The position numbers and the translations under genes were made by a program. Source: Hyphochytrium catenoides (Eukaryota; Protista; Hyphochytriomycota). Taken from it: 64,000 nt of DNA. A model generated the notes under the pieces. It had not been told where the DNA came from and searched no databases. It saw only the letters and a program-made list of their open reading frames with translations. Below, one piece after another: positions 1 to 14,000 of this stretch. How positions within the stretch are numbered: the stretch's first letter is position 1; every line of letters starts with the position of its first letter. The stretch lies in the NCBI GenBank assembly GCA_900088475.1, contig FLMG01000135.1, forward strand, positions 124,430 to 188,429. The letters run 5' to 3'.

Positions 1-2434
1 GCGCTCGGGCACCACAAGGCTGCGTTGAAGGACTTCAAGCAAGTTGTACGGGTAAAACCAAACGATAGGGATGCGCGGAACAAGTTGAGAGAGTGCGAAA
101 AAGCTGTCAAGAAGGCAGCTTTTGAGGCTGCAATCAGCTCTGAAAAGACCCGCCCAGTCTCAGAGACAGTCAACGTAGATGCGATAGAGGTGGAGGACAG
201 CTACGACGGGCCTCATCTGCCCGATGATCCAACGCAGGCAACCCATGAATTCTGTCTGGCTCTGGTCGACCGCTTTAAAAGACAAAAGCTGTTGCACAGG
301 AAGTAAGTATTGCCGATGATGAGCCAAAGTTTAGAAACAAGAATAGGGGACTTAGCACACGCAAGGAGGGGCTTCAAGAGTAAGAGGAATGAGTCATCTC
401 AACGTCGGTCTCAAGGGGAGATAGGGTGTCACTTTGTATCCCGCAAGACCGTGGCTTCAGGATAAACATACCAGCTACCGTGTGGACGATGGTCACTTTA
501 AGGGTGGTGGTTGATTGCACTAATTCTCTGTTGATTATGTGCTAGGTATGTTATCAAGATCCTGCTGGCGATGAAGCAATTGTTGAGTTCGGTACCCAGT
601 CTCCTGGAACTAAAAGTGCCAAACACTAACCCCGCAGGCAAGGCTCCAGAGGTATGTGGCTTAGTAGTAGGTCGAGGGGAGCCGTCTGACTTGGGGTCAA
701 GGCTGCTCAGCTTCCATTTCATTCATCGCTGCTTATATTGTCTGCCTTAATTGCCCTATGACAGGGGCACTTCACGGTGTGTGGAGATACTCATGGTCAA
801 TTCTATGACCTTTGCAACATATTCCACCTTAATGGCTACCCGTCTGATGATAACCCCTATCTCTTCAACGGTACGCAAGATCTCTATTTCTGGGAGCAAC
901 TTTAGACAACCAGTTCATCTTAAGGATGTTTTTTGCTTGCAGGGGACTTCGTTGACCGAGGCTCTTTTTCAGTGGAGGTTATTCTGACGCTGTTTGCCTT
1001 CAAGCTGGTCTACCCAGAGGTGAGAAGGGAGATCACGCAACAGAACTAGTGGGAGTTCCGCGAGGAATGCTAGAGGCGGAGGGCGAAGGCCGTCCGCTGA
1101 TTATGAGGCGTTGATAGCTAACTGCTACTGCCTTCGCGTCCATAAGGGTCTCCATTTGCTGCGTGGAAACCACGAGAGCAAGAACATGAACAAAATCTAT
1201 GGCTTCGAGGGCGAGGTCAAACACAAGTACGATGAAGTGGTCATGCAGCTTTTCGCAGAGGTCTTTAACTGGCTACCTCTGGCGGCGACAATAAATAATA
1301 AGGTAAGCCACTGCATCGATCGCTATCTTGGAACCCAAAATTGGGAATCGCTGTCCTAGATGGGCGCCATAGCCACAGTTAAGAAAATTCCGCCGTCTCA
1401 GCCAGCGATCTAGGCTCAATATCTAATTCTCCGCACGTATATTAGTGACTGTATGCGCCAGGCCCTACGAACCTTCTCACATCTGGTGTTCTTAGGTTTT
1501 GATAGTCCACGGAGGTCTCTTCCAGCAGGAGGGCGTCACACTCCAGGATATCAAGAACATTGACAGGAATAGAGAGCCACCTGACAGCGGTGTGTGTCCT
1601 AATCGTTCAAGCAGATGTGATCCTTGCTCATAACTACTTCGTTGATGATTTTATCCCGCTGTTAGGTCTGATGAGCGACCTTATGTGGAGCGACCCGCAG
1701 CCTTTCCCTGGCCGCGGACCCTCCAAGCGTGGAATAGGTCTCTCCTTTGGTCCAGATGTGACCAAGCAATTCTTAGAGCACAATAAACTAGGTAAGGGTA
1801 CGGGCCTTAATGCGTGACAAGTGCCAAGGCTAGCACTATAAACGAAGCGACAACGTCACCCGGAAAGGATGGCAGTGATCAAGCGAGAGTCTTATAACAT
1901 CGACTAACACGGACGCCACCAGTGTCTAACGAATCTCACTCTTGCAGAGCTTCTAGTTCGGTCGCACGAAGTGAAAGAGGAGGGTTACCTGGTGGAGCAT
2001 GATGGGAAATGTATTACAGTCTTTTCAGCACCAAATTATTGTGATCAGGTTGGTTATCCCACGAGTCTGCACTTCTGTCAATCGCCGGTAGCTCCCCATG
2101 CGTACTTCCTGCGGGCGCCGCTATATGCGGTTTCCTTGTCTATCAACTTCTCGACCCAGTTCTCCTATCTGCCAATTGATGAAGGCCATCTGTTAGTTGC
2201 ATTAACCCCAGTCCCACCCCATCCCCTTACGCATTTCAGATGGGCAACAAGGGCGCGTTCATCCGGTTTGGGCATGACCTGAAGCCACAGTTTACTCAGT
2301 TCACGGCCGTGGTAAGTGCTTACAGAAGCTCAGCCCTCTTACTCGTCCATAGACCCTGACTGTGATCTCTCTAGCCTCACCCGCCTATCAAGCCCATGGC
2401 CTATGCCAGCAACTTCTCGATGTTTGGTCTTTAG
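1..2434 (+). CDS. PPP5C: Serine/threonine-protein phosphatase 5 (TPR + PPP catalytic domain), 5' end outside window, multi-exon
   Basis: Spliced exons (all GT-AG) give the TPR tail [10 protein letters not shown]..., [60 protein letters not shown] and the C-terminus [19 protein letters not shown] (TAG 2432-2434). Confidence 0.96.
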
Positions 2435-3252
2435 TGAGGGATGATGCGCCATGCAGCTAGTTTGCCATTGACAGTGATAGGTATAGCACTACTACGTCTG
2501 CAAGTTGCGATCCAGCGGTTGGCCTTTCAGAGGGAGGAAATGCCGTTGGCTGAGCTACAGAGCTTGGGAGGGAAAGGAAGGCCTGGGGCCTCCTTCGTCA
2601 GGGAAGACCGCAGCGCAATAGTCGATTTCTGTCCATGGTTGGCACCAATAATAATAACGAATCCCAAGCCTTCATTCCCTTGGCAGATCGTGACTCTTCA
2701 TGAACAAGAGAACTGCAAAGAGAACTGCACTAGAGAGTCGTTAGCGGTGCTTTCCTGGTGCCAAGTACAAAATATGAATAACGAGGAAGAGAGTAGTTTC
2801 TAGGATGTCTCTTGGTTAAAATGCCTTCACGCTGCAGAAAGTGGTGTCGAGCTGCGGCGTCAGTCGCGTGTTGGAAGTGGGACATTGTTGGTGATGCGCG
2901 CCTTGCCGCACGGGTTTACAGGGTAGAAGAGGGATCTTTTATTAGTAAGCAGATTCCCTGATAGATAATAGAGGTCTGATCCGGTGCCTCTGCATGAATT
3001 GCTAGGTGAAAGAAAGAACGTAAGGATGGTCTTCTGTCTTAAGCCGCGCAGCTAGAGCCCCTAAGCCTCGCTTCCGCCTGCCGACGCGGCAGAGCACTGC
3101 CTTAAGTCATGTTCAAGACTTCGGGATGTGGGACCGCGTAGTCTCAACGTTTCTTGTGCCACAACCTATGAGGGCAGCAGCTCTTTCATGGCCCGCCCAG
3201 ATGGACTGAATAGATCGCAACGTTTGGGTCTCATCGGAACAAAGTCAGAACC

Positions 3253-6200
3253 ATGGAGCATAATCATCAGACTGGATCTACCCTAGTGGGCCAAGAGCTC
3301 AACGCCGAACGCATTTTGAGACTCAGGAAGGTAACTTGCCGCTCTATGTCGTGCGTGCTTTCCACAGACTTTGACAAACTCCGAACAGGTGATAGATGAG
3401 CACTTGCGCTCTCAGGGAGTTTATACGAAGATTAGAAGTGCGGTGGCCGACTTCACCTCAAAGGATCTTGAGGTAGCAGCCCTTTCTCCCTTTCCTTGCT
3501 TTTCCAGTTTTGTCCTTTCTTGTCTTAGATCGAACGTCGTCGCAGGGAAAAGAAGACGTACCCGCAGAAGGAGGAAGGAAAGGATGGGCTCTCTCAGAGG
3601 AGGAGCATGAACAGCTGATGAACCAGATTGTGCAGAAAGTTAATGACGAGGGAATTCTTGAGGATATAAGAAACTCTATCGCTGCATCTGGGGCTGACTG
3701 GCTGGCAGCGAAGCCTTTGCAGAACGAGTCAGCTGCACCCACAGCTCTCAGCACATCTAGAAGGCTCTATCTTCAGGTCTCTCTGAGAGGAGGAAAGGCA
3801 TTCTTTCCTGCTAACTCCTCCGGTAAGTTCGTTGACCGGTGCCCAGAAAGAGTGACGGTGTAATATCAGCACAAGGGGCATGCATCAAAAGGAAGGAGCT
3901 AGTAGGGCTCTGAGAAGCGCGAGCAAGCTAGAGAAGGATCTGGTGTGTTTCGAAGCATATGATATGACCATAATAAAGCCTTGGTGCAGCTTTGCAAGCG
4001 GAGACAGACCAGCAAGAGGAGGGCCCTCTCAGGTTCGAGTTGCATATCTGGGCGCTTAACCAACGCTTCGTGAGCCAAAGAGTTCGTTGTACCGAGGAAC
4101 CCGCTTTTAGAGACATATTCATAGTCCCGCTGGAAAAGCGAGGCTTTTCAGGTAAGCGTTTAAGAGAAGTGTTGCCGGGCGAGGCTAAACCCCTTCTGTC
4201 TGTGCGTCAATTCCTTCTATGGCTCCCGTGTTTGCCTTTAGATGGCGTCCCAGACCCCGGAAAGCTTCCAGAGATCAAAGATTTAGCAAAAGTGAGAGCC
4301 CCCTTACATTTTGTGCTGCTCAAGATCAATGAGGAGACGGTAAGAACGACGTTCTACTGCAAGAAGAGAAGAATGCACTGGGCAAAAACGGGGGCCTGTA
4401 GTTATGCTGTGTGAGACCGAAAGAGCAGGAGGAGTCTAAGAACGAAAGCGCTCACATGAGGGATAGAGAGATCTATTCGTCTATGGGGACTAATCTTGCT
4501 CTAGGGTGAAAGAGAGCTCGTAGGAACCTCGTCACTCGAGTGGAGACGCTGCCTGGTCAAATCAAGTGTAACAACTACCCTAGAAATAACGGCTCCAGGG
4601 CAAACCGGAAAGGTGAGTATACGGCGGACTATTGGTTAGATGCAACTGAAAGAAGAGGGGCATTTTCTTTACAGCGTCATTGGTCATTAGATTCGATGTC
4701 TCCGTTATTCCAGTGCCTTCTACACGCTTTACTCTGAACTCTGTTTCTCTACACCGTAGAACGGCCTTTGCGCGGGACTTCTTACAGTCCGTGTTGAGCT
4801 GCTGCCATCCCTGATACCCGATCAAGGGATTGTGGCTTCAGACCTCACAAAAGTGATTGAGGACGAGCAGTTCCTGGAGTCTCAGGCACAGAAAAACTTC
4901 TATCAATATGCTAAGAAATGGTGGCAGCAGTTCGCAGAGATCAGGTAATGCGAAGATCTTGAGACGACGATGACACGACATCAACGGGAAGGCTGGATTT
5001 CTTCCTCATCATGCGTCCCCCATGAATGACTAAGAGGTGTTGGTTAGTGAGACCCACAAGAACCGCTTGGTTAAACTTTTTGCTGAAGATGAGAGAGGAA
5101 GATACCAGAATGTCTGCTCGTTTTTGTCAGGTCAGGACATATCCGTTCAACAATCATCTTACTGTTCGCGGGTTTGGTGTTACGGGTTCAATTCTCTTCG
5201 CTCTGGTCCTCGTTCCCGTTGGCACTCAAAACAATCTTCCAACATATCGTCCCAGTGCTCAGGCCGAGGCCGCCGCTATTTGACACTCCCAGACACGCCG
5301 CACGTTTTGTCAGTCTCATTCCCTTCGTCAGAGTGGAGGCAGTGGGCGGCGGGCGAGAGGAGATTTGGTATAGGTTTCACACCTTTCTCTCACTGAGGCA
5401 AGGCGACTGCGAGGGCCATGCGGTACGTTTGTTACTCTCTCCCAATCGGCAGAGACGAATTTCCTGCTCTGACTCTTTACCCAGTAGCTCTTGCTATGCT
5501 CTCTCTTCCTCGGATTCGGCTTAGACGCCTATATCTGTGTGGGGACCTTGGAAGCTAGTCATGGCGAATCACCTACCGAAGTTGATCACGTCTGGGTAAT
5601 GACTAGAAGTGCTGATAGGTAAGGTCCACAGATAGGGTTCCTTTTTGGACGACTTTCTTCACCTAAGGACATCGTACGGCGTAATGCCTCTGCAAGTTTG
5701 CAGTTAGTTCTTTGTAGGGCGCCTTTAACACTGACCATGACGACAGGGCTTCCGTCAGCTTCTGGGAAAGTTTGACTGGGCAACGGTATGCACAGGAGGA
5801 GACGAAGGTTCGGAGGAATGCGAAAGATAGCAAAGAAAGTCGTCCAGGACATACCTATAGGAGGGTCGGCTGTGTCTTCAATCATCATTCTTTCTACGCT
5901 AACAAACAGAATGACGACAGGTGAAAACTGCGATCAGCTCTTCCCACCTTATATATTTCCATCCTTTGGTTCACCCTCGCCACTACCGACTTCTCTAATG
6001 ATGCAACTCCTTGGGCCAATTGCTCTCATCTGCCCTGACTCTAATTTTGTATAACATCAGGGCGGCCACCTCAAGCTTTAACCTAGAAGATGAGAGCTGC
6101 TGGAAAGCGATGAGCTCTACCGTTATAAGGAACGTTCCCCACCAGCCCTCGATACCCTTCATTGCTCCTAGGCCAGCAGCGTACGAAGAAGTTCAGGTGG

Positions 6201-7007
6201 GAGCTCTTCTTATAGTTCCATTCACCACGTACATCGTTATAGCTATTTAACCCTTGCCTCCTTGATATTCTATATATCTTGCAGTTTACTTTCATCACTA
6301 TCATAACCCTCCTCTTTCCTCAAGACCTGGACTAAAACCTATTCAAGTTCTCTTGAATCTATGATTCCGACGCCGATTTATTTCTGATTGACCTATGATT
6401 TGCCAACTTCTTAGGCGCTGGAGGCCACTATTAAGCACGAAATAGCGGCTTTCAGACGATCGATTGTACATTGCTCAACGGTGTGGGATGATGGTTTGAG
6501 CTACATTTTGGCACCAGCTCTGCAGGCGTATGAGTTAGAGAGGACAGCAGGGATTGTGGTGCCCAACGGAGACTTCCAGGTTGGGTCTCTAGACCTCATG
6601 GCGGTATCTGTCGCTTCACTTCGTCCTGCTACATCAGTCCCTCTTTCTAAAATAAGCCAAAGACTCTAGAGTCCTTTAGTTCTACTTCTGCTTGTCTCGG
6701 CATTGCTCAGAGGACATTTCAGCATTGGGCTGACTTCTCTCCACCTCTCTGACAGGATGCCATTAAGCTTGCCATCCCTTCAGGGTACTCCTTCAAAGGC
6801 TTTCCTACCATGTTCTCCCATACAACTGTGGGGAGGATACTCACTGCTCTGCAGCAGAATCACATTGCGACCAACGTTCTCGCAACCACCGGGGACAAGG
6901 TCTCCTTTGGCTTAGCACTGAGGCTGGTCCCCTACCCAGAGGAGCTGAGAGTGCTTTGGCTAATGTTAGGGGTCAAATATCTAAATCCTGCTAGCAAAGA
7001 TGTTTAG
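3253..7007 (+). CDS. CEP76: Centrosomal protein CEP76 homolog (C2 + transglutaminase-like), multi-exon
   Basis: RRLYLQVSLRGGKAF, FYQYAKKWW, RLVKLFAEDE, DTPRHAARFVSLIPF, GDCEGHA-LLLCSLFLGFGLDAYICVGT, FWESLTG, YRRVGCVFNH, WDDGLSYIL and the C-terminal LRLVPYPE match CEP76 blocks as I recall them; introns are canonical. Confidence 0.9.
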
Positions 7008-8753
7008 AGCAGATAGTACTAAGGAATATGAGGAGGTCTTTTGAGAAGTCCAGGTACGATGGATTGCGTCCACTGCTGCGATGGACCTCTCAAATGCAGG
7101 ATGTATGTCTGATGCTAAATACCATTTGTACTTATTCCGTCAGAAGGTGGTTAACGCAGACCCGTGAGGACGGATAAGGTTCTGATACAGCTATATGATC
7201 AAGACTTCATCCTTCAGGGGAGTAATGGTGCATTGGTGGTACCTAGGTGTAGGGGTCGGGATTGAGGGCGATCAATTCAGGGGTCCAGATATTCTAGGAT
7301 ACCAAAGGCTCCAGTTATGGATTTATCAAGACAACATGAGGGGGCTAAGAGTGACTTGACATTATGGAGCAGGCATCCAAAGGCTGGATCTCCTCTCCTG
7401 CTCAAAAGCCAACCTTCCGATAGTTCTAGATCACCCTCAACACCTCTCACTAGCTTTGATTTACCTCCAAGCTCTGGAGACGTAAACCTAACTTTCGGCT
7501 CCATAAGCTTAATGGATGGACATACTGTTATGCGGTTAATTCACTAATATACAGGTACCTACTAATGTGCATCCGCACTTACTGAGAGTAGCGATGCAGT
7601 TGCTTGAAGCTCTCAGACTACGTAGTGAGGTTAAGTCGAAGACGGCGGCTTCGTCAGCGAAGAATTAAGGATTTGAAGCCCTAGAAATCAGTTTTGTCGG
7701 ACAGCGAGAAATAGGTCGTTAGGCTCAGACTTGCAAAAGCTTAGCTCTTAGCAATCGAAGTCCCAGTGAACTGGCAGTGGCTGTTGTTGGAGAACAAAGC
7801 TTGGCTCAGGAATTCCGGATATTTGGGTTTTGTTCGCCTTTCGCCCACGTTTCCTCTTCTTTCGCAAAGACTGAGAATCTGAGGGTCCCTACCATGCCCC
7901 ACACCACAAAACCTCCGCGCTGCTACCAAGCAACAACTCCACCTGCTTGCTAGAGGAAAAGATCCCTCGAAACGGTGCCCAGGAGGAGTCCATAAGTTAG
8001 ATCTCCAGGTCTCTCCAGATCAGCACTATAAAGGCCTTTGTAGAAAAATCACTGTAGAAGAGAACGGAGAGACAAGCTCCACCTCGGTCGTGTAAGCTCG
8101 AGCAACGGTCAAGGCACCAGTCAACCTCGACCTCCTGTGGCTTTCCACACCAGTACTACCTCGCCGTAACCTGAAGGACCACCTACAGATCTGACCTGAC
8201 CACTGACGCACTCACAGTGGGTTGACACCATCTCCGACCGCTAACGGCTTGAAACGAGAGCATTGCTTGCAAAGCAAGCCAAATGTGAGATCTGAAAGGA
8301 GGAGGTGGTTACCGCAGGAGCGGCTAACGCCTTGCTTTAAAAGCTGTGATCACCGCTCACTCTGCTTTCTGCTCTTACAGGCCAGGCCTGCTTCTCGCTC
8401 CTGTTGCTCCCCGCTCTCTCTTTCATTGGTACTCCCTCTCTCTCTCTGCTACGCTCTCCTTCAAGCCTTCCGTCACTAGGAGCTAGTGCCTGAAAGTGAG
8501 AGTGTGGAAGAAGTAGCTTTCTATTGCTAAAAGAGAGAGAAAAAGAGAGACAGAGAACGACGGATAAGCCGGTGGGAGACTGAGACAGATACGAATCCTG
8601 ACGATAGGGAAGATCACAAGCCAGTTAAGTTTGAAAGCTTGAGGTAGGAAGAGATAGGTGAACAATGGGCCTGCTGGAAACCAGTGCCGATGTGCTAGGA
8701 GGCTTCCTCTATTCTTCGTGACTACAGCAGCAGGAAACACCGAGATCAAAAAG

Positions 8754-10978
8754 ATGTTAGAGGAACCCCTGGGGCAAGGCGGGCAACAGGCCAAAGCGAC
8801 TGCAGGACATTCCTCCCAATTTTGTTGTCTGCCGTGTTGCCTCGCCTTCAGCTGTGAACGAGACCTACAGAGACACCTTAGCACCGCCAAGCACCTACTC
8901 ACTTGCCGACGACAAGAGAATGGCGGTAGGAAGAATGGAGTGTGGCACCTTCACATGCATACTTCTGCAATCCAGTTAGGCCACCCATCAGAGCTTTGCC
9001 TGTCTTTCTTCATCAGGATTCTGTCCTTCCTTTTCACTACTGCTCCACGACTACTGCTGCTCCCCTGAGTCTTTTGTATATCTCTTACCTCTCCCTTTGA
9101 TCAGAGCCTGCTCAGGCGGCAACGGTGTCCGTATCCGACTTCAAGCCAGTTAAGTATGTCTACGACCTGTCCTCTAGTGAGGCTTTCCGGAAGGACCTGA
9201 CAACCAGAATGCAAGCTTTCGCAGAGGAGAAGGGTCAGAACACCGCTATTGGTCAAAAGGAGGAGGAACGGCGAGGAGAAGTTTTGGGAGAGGTGGCTTC
9301 ACTTGCTCCTTGTCTAAAAGCGGCCACGCCAGAAGAGTCCAGACAAGGCCCCGAGCAGAGCAAAGAGGCTCTGATTGGCCAGGCAGACGACGGTCAAAAA
9401 GGGAAGATGGGAGGCAAATCGAGGCAGAGCATGGCACACAGAGTCCTTCAACTCCTTAAGGTGGAGGCTGGCCGCTCTTTCTTTCCGTCTCATTCGTCAC
9501 TTGACAGCTGTCCTATGGCCGTCGCGTGCACTTCTAGAATGCAGGCGGACGGAAGAGACTAGAACAGCCTCTTTCGCAAACTCAAACCCAAGGTAAATCC
9601 AAGAATCATCAAAAAAAGATGGGCACATCTGAAGAGGAGGTGAAGGAAAAAGTAACCATAGCAGCCAGTCGAACCCTCTACCCAAAGAGCTTGGTCGACA
9701 TATTGAATCGGAGAAAGGCAGAGGAAGAAAAGGTCTGTCTTGTCTTGCTCTTTACCTTCGTCTCTGCTTCTCCGCTTTACCTCTTCGTCTCTCTTCATGC
9801 CTTTCCCGTTCTACAATCCGAAACACTCAGTTTGACGAGTAGCCACATTCTCTTCGAGTAGACAGATACATTTGACATCAGGCTCTTCAACGCGGCTTTC
9901 ACGTGGCTTCTAATATCCTGTACCATGCGGGCCTCCCTGCGCAGGAAGCTCAGGAGCGACAGCGGATAGCTAAAGATCGGAAGGCCAAGGAGGACGCAGC
10001 GGCACGTCGGCTGCAAAACTTTGGGCGACGGGCAGTACTTAGGCGCCGTTTCTGGGACTCCGTAGAGGTAAGGAGAAGCGACGTTCCGGAGACTAGGAGT
10101 CCCCTAATTATGTTTAGTGCCGCTTCTTCTCTTCTAGCATTCTCCTCGCGTCCCACTTCCCATCTCTACCACAAAGGGCTATAACGGTACCCACGATATC
10201 TTACACATTCTTCATTATATAGGAACGTCGGAGATTTGCCAAACGGCAAGCCAGACAAAAGGAGGAGGAGGAGAGAAAGAAGCAGCGGCGAGAAGAGGCC
10301 GCAAAAGCAGCTGAGAGACAAAATATCAGGACTCAGGGAGAGAAAGCGGCGGCAAAGGTGACGAAATCTGTCCCTAAGTGGACACAAGGAGAGGTAACTG
10401 CTTCATCTCTACTGTTTTACCGACAAAGCACCTTCTCCCGTTGATGATCTCCCTATATTCCCCGTGAGGAAGTCGCCATTATCCTTTTTTAAGTCTAAGC
10501 CCAACAGCGCTTTGATGCGCCTCACTCTCAGAGGTCTGACTTTCTGTCAACCGTCTCTTTCCGAATGCTACAGTTCCTTCGGATCCTGGAGACTTATGAG
10601 ACTTACGGTAGGCCCCATCCCAATATTTCACACTTCTGCAGACTTGGATGCATCCTTAATTCTCTATGCATCTGTTTCTCACACCAGACTGCTCAACATC
10701 TGCCTTTTTATGTCTGTCTAGGCATGCCTACAGATCTTTCTATCTGGGAACAATTCTATAGACTCTTTCCATATCGTCAACGGTGTCGCATACGAAGGAA
10801 AGTGACGGAACTAATTGCTGGGTGGGAGAACAAGAAAGCGCTCGGTTTCTCTCTAGAAGAGACGAAGGAAGCGATGAAGAGCCAAACTAATGCAGCATTA
10901 GAAGAGGAGGAGGATGGTGAGGATGATGATGAGATAAGCTCATCAAGCAGCGACTCAGATATCCTGGCTCTATCGTAA
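8754..10978 (+). CDS. Uncharacterised protein: N-terminal C2H2 (matrin/U1-like) zinc finger, charged coiled-coil, C-terminal SANT/Myb-like domain, acidic tail
   Basis: Exon 1 has FCCLPCCLAFSCERDLQRHLSTAKH. GT-AG joins keep the frame. The spliced C-terminus reads KWTQGE/FLRILETYETYG/MPTDLSIWEQFYRLFPYRQRCRIRRKVTEL, followed by an E/D/S tail. Confidence 0.65.
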
Positions 10979-11298
10979 CATAAACACTATAGTTAGTTGT
11001 CACAATACGGCCAGGACCGCCGTCAGCACCAATCAAGGCGAAAGGCCTAACGAAGTAGTATTGTGCCAATAAATAGTGGGCGCTACGTCTCTCAGACGCC
11101 GCTGCAGAAGCTATATAAGGCGTGATCTAACTTTGCTCACGCATCTTCCCCCTGTGCCCTCTATAGTTAGTGGGATACCAACAGCCTGTTCGATCCTAGG
11201 CCGATTATGGAAGTATTGTTTCGCTTGATATATGTGTGAGTCTTTGCGCAGACCAAGCGGCAGGAAGACGGGCGTGTCGAAGAGAATGGAGCTTTCAA

Positions 11299-14000
11299 TC
11301 AGGCCTTCTGTTTCCTCCCTTTCTTGGAAGAAGAAGAGGAGGACTGTGTAGTCTCCTGTGAGGCACTGATTAAGTTTTCCAGCTTTCTTTTCTTCTCTGC
11401 TTCCTCCAATGCCTCAATGAAGTCGTCCAGCGCCTCGCCGCCCATCATTGCATCTATCCCGGTCAAGGTCAAACCAACCCTGTGGTCAGTAATTCGATCT
11501 TGCGGGAAATTAAACGTCCTTATACGCTCAGAGCGATCGCCTGATGACCAAGTAAGGAGATTTAAGAGCAAGGCGACCGAGCACTAGTTAGAAAGGACTG
11601 GTGACCGAAAAAATAGAAATAGATGCTGAGAATATGGACGGGAAATGGTGATGGACTCGAGTCTCTTTCCATTCAAGAGGTTTTGACTGATGAGGGATGT
11701 CATCGACAGGACCGACAAGGATCAGATAGGGCACACGGTGGCTAAGACTGAAAATTGAAGAGCCATACGAACCAGTTCCAATCTGGGCATTTCTCATCTG
11801 TTGTTGCTCCTCCATTTGCTTCCTTCTCTGCTGGTCAAATATTCTTGCCTTCAAGAGCCCCAAAGCCTTGGCCTTGTTCTGATGCTGAGATCGTTCGTCC
11901 TGGATGGCAACCACAGTACCTACAAGTGGGAAGCAGAGAATCCAGTCTTAGGAAGCAGCTACAAACCTTGATGCTCTTCGGTCTATTGAACTGCTGTTCT
12001 CCTAAATCCTTTTGTGCTGGCCCTACTCAATCTTTCAGGTCGCTTTCCTTATGTCCGATGCCCAAAGCATGTAATCGTTTACCCTTTCTTCATGGCCCTC
12101 TTGGACCTACGTTCCATAGCCTTTCCCTCTTTTCCATTTTGGGGTAACCAAGTTTACATCTTCCTTGGTTGTCAGGGCTCTATTCTTCTGTACCTGTAGG
12201 GATGTGGGTTATCCTAACGGCACNNNNNNNNNNNNNNNNNNNNNNNNNNNNNNNNNNNNNNNNNNNNNNNNNNNNNNNNNNNNNNNNNNNNNNNNNNNNN
12301 NNNNNNNNNNNNNNNNNNNNNNNNNNNNNNNNTAGGAACCCGTTGGACACGGTGCACCCCACTCTCATACTTCAGATGGCCATAAACCCCATCACCCTAA
12401 GTTTCGAGAGTCAGGATATGCGAGAGACACGGTGATGAGAGGAGAGCATCTAGAATAGATTCGGCAGTGAGATCGGACGAAAATGACCTGGTAGGAAAGA
12501 TATCACAATTCAAATTGGGCGACAACGTGAAAATTGGAACGCGTCTGGAATGTCTCTGCACGAGGATCTCAGCCAGAACATAAACAGTATTCCATGAGCA
12601 AAGGCAAAGCAATAGTGGGAGCCCATCGCCCGCAAAAGCACATATCCTCAGTCTCAGTCCACGTAATTCTCTCCTTTCGCTGGCTCACCTTGATCGCAGC
12701 GCTGGCCTCCTTACAGCCACCTAAGGTACCTTTACTGAATGTGATCAACTCCCAACGCCAACCCTGTTGTCTGCAGTACTTCTCATACATTTGGAAGATC
12801 TCAAACGTGAATAATGCCGCCTCATCTCCTCCAGTTCCTGCCCGGACCTCCAGGATGGCGTTACTATCATCTATGAATCAGAGGAAACATAGGAAAGGGC
12901 AAAAGGAGCGGAGGGTGAGCTATAATCCTGACCCCATCGTCCAAGGTGAATGGTACTAGCAAGGAAGTCATCAGCAATTGGTCCCCTCTCTCAACACACT
13001 CTGACTTATGCCAAAGCTCTCCTGTTTCCACCTCTTTTTGACCGCCATGAGAGTGTGAGATTTACCTATCTCGTCCCTAGGAATAAGAAGAGTTGTGATT
13101 TCGTCTTCAAGCTCTTGCAATCTTTCTCTTAGCTCTTCTCTTTCACTGATGGCCAGCTCTCGAAACTCTTCTGCGTCGTTGCTGCCAGAGCCGTCGGCCT
13201 CTGTGATAATCTTTTAAGGACAGTGAGTTAGCCAAGTGCAACCCCCAGGGAGCGTCTTGCCTTCCACGGCTACCATGCTATCTCGCATTTCCGATGACCA
13301 CCCCTGTATCCGCTTCCCTGTCGACTTCCCTACTTTCCTTCCCGGATACATACTCTTTTACCTGCCTTCTATGCCTCAAATTTGCCCATGGCGTTCTTCC
13401 TTCTGTCTTTCGATCAGAGCAGACCTTTCGCCACTCCCCTGTGCGCGCTCTTTTCCCGTTGGAAGCATTACTTACCTCCTCAAGGTTTTTTATCTCTTCT
13501 TCTATGGCTTGAATGCTCTTCAGCTTGTGGACGAGAGGCTCCAGCTGGTTGATCTCCTTCCCATATACAGCTAGCTTCTGAGGGTCCAGCTGGCCCCTAG
13601 ATGTGGAAACGTCGTGGCGAAAAGCGAGTCTGATAAGCAAGGGAAGGCGGGGTATGAAAGCGGTAAGGGAGCAGGGAAGAAGGCTGACAAGACATTCGAG
13701 GCTAAAAGATAGAGCGAGAGTCCATTCCGGCAGCAGTAATCCTAAGAGCTCTCACCCTGCTAGTTCCTTATTCAGAGTCATGAAGCGGTCCATCTTTTCC
13801 TGCAAGCTGTTCCTTATGGCATCATTGAACAGACCCCGTCGACCAAGTAGGATAGGAGGCAAGGGAGAGCGACGACAAGGAGCAATTGAGAAGCAGAGTG
13901 AGGGTCCACCCGGCACCCGGAACAGCGTAGACTGGCAGCTTGTCAATGCGGCCCTTGGCCTTAGGCGAAGAGCCCTCGTCACAGACTGCCCCCAAACCAT
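11299..14000 (-). CDS. prfA: Peptide chain release factor 1, mitochondrial type, multi-exon; GGQ region lies in an assembly gap
   Basis: [69 protein letters not shown]; the Arg/Ser/Leu-rich N-terminus resembles a presequence. Confidence 0.94.
12224..12332. other. Assembly gap (others at 15022-15049, 44391-44432, 59729-59787, 62056-62067)
   Basis: Runs of N. Confidence 0.99.

Noticed and set aside
12224-12332. Release factor apparently lacking the GGQ motif
   Set aside because: The GGQ region falls inside the N gap, so this is an assembly artefact.
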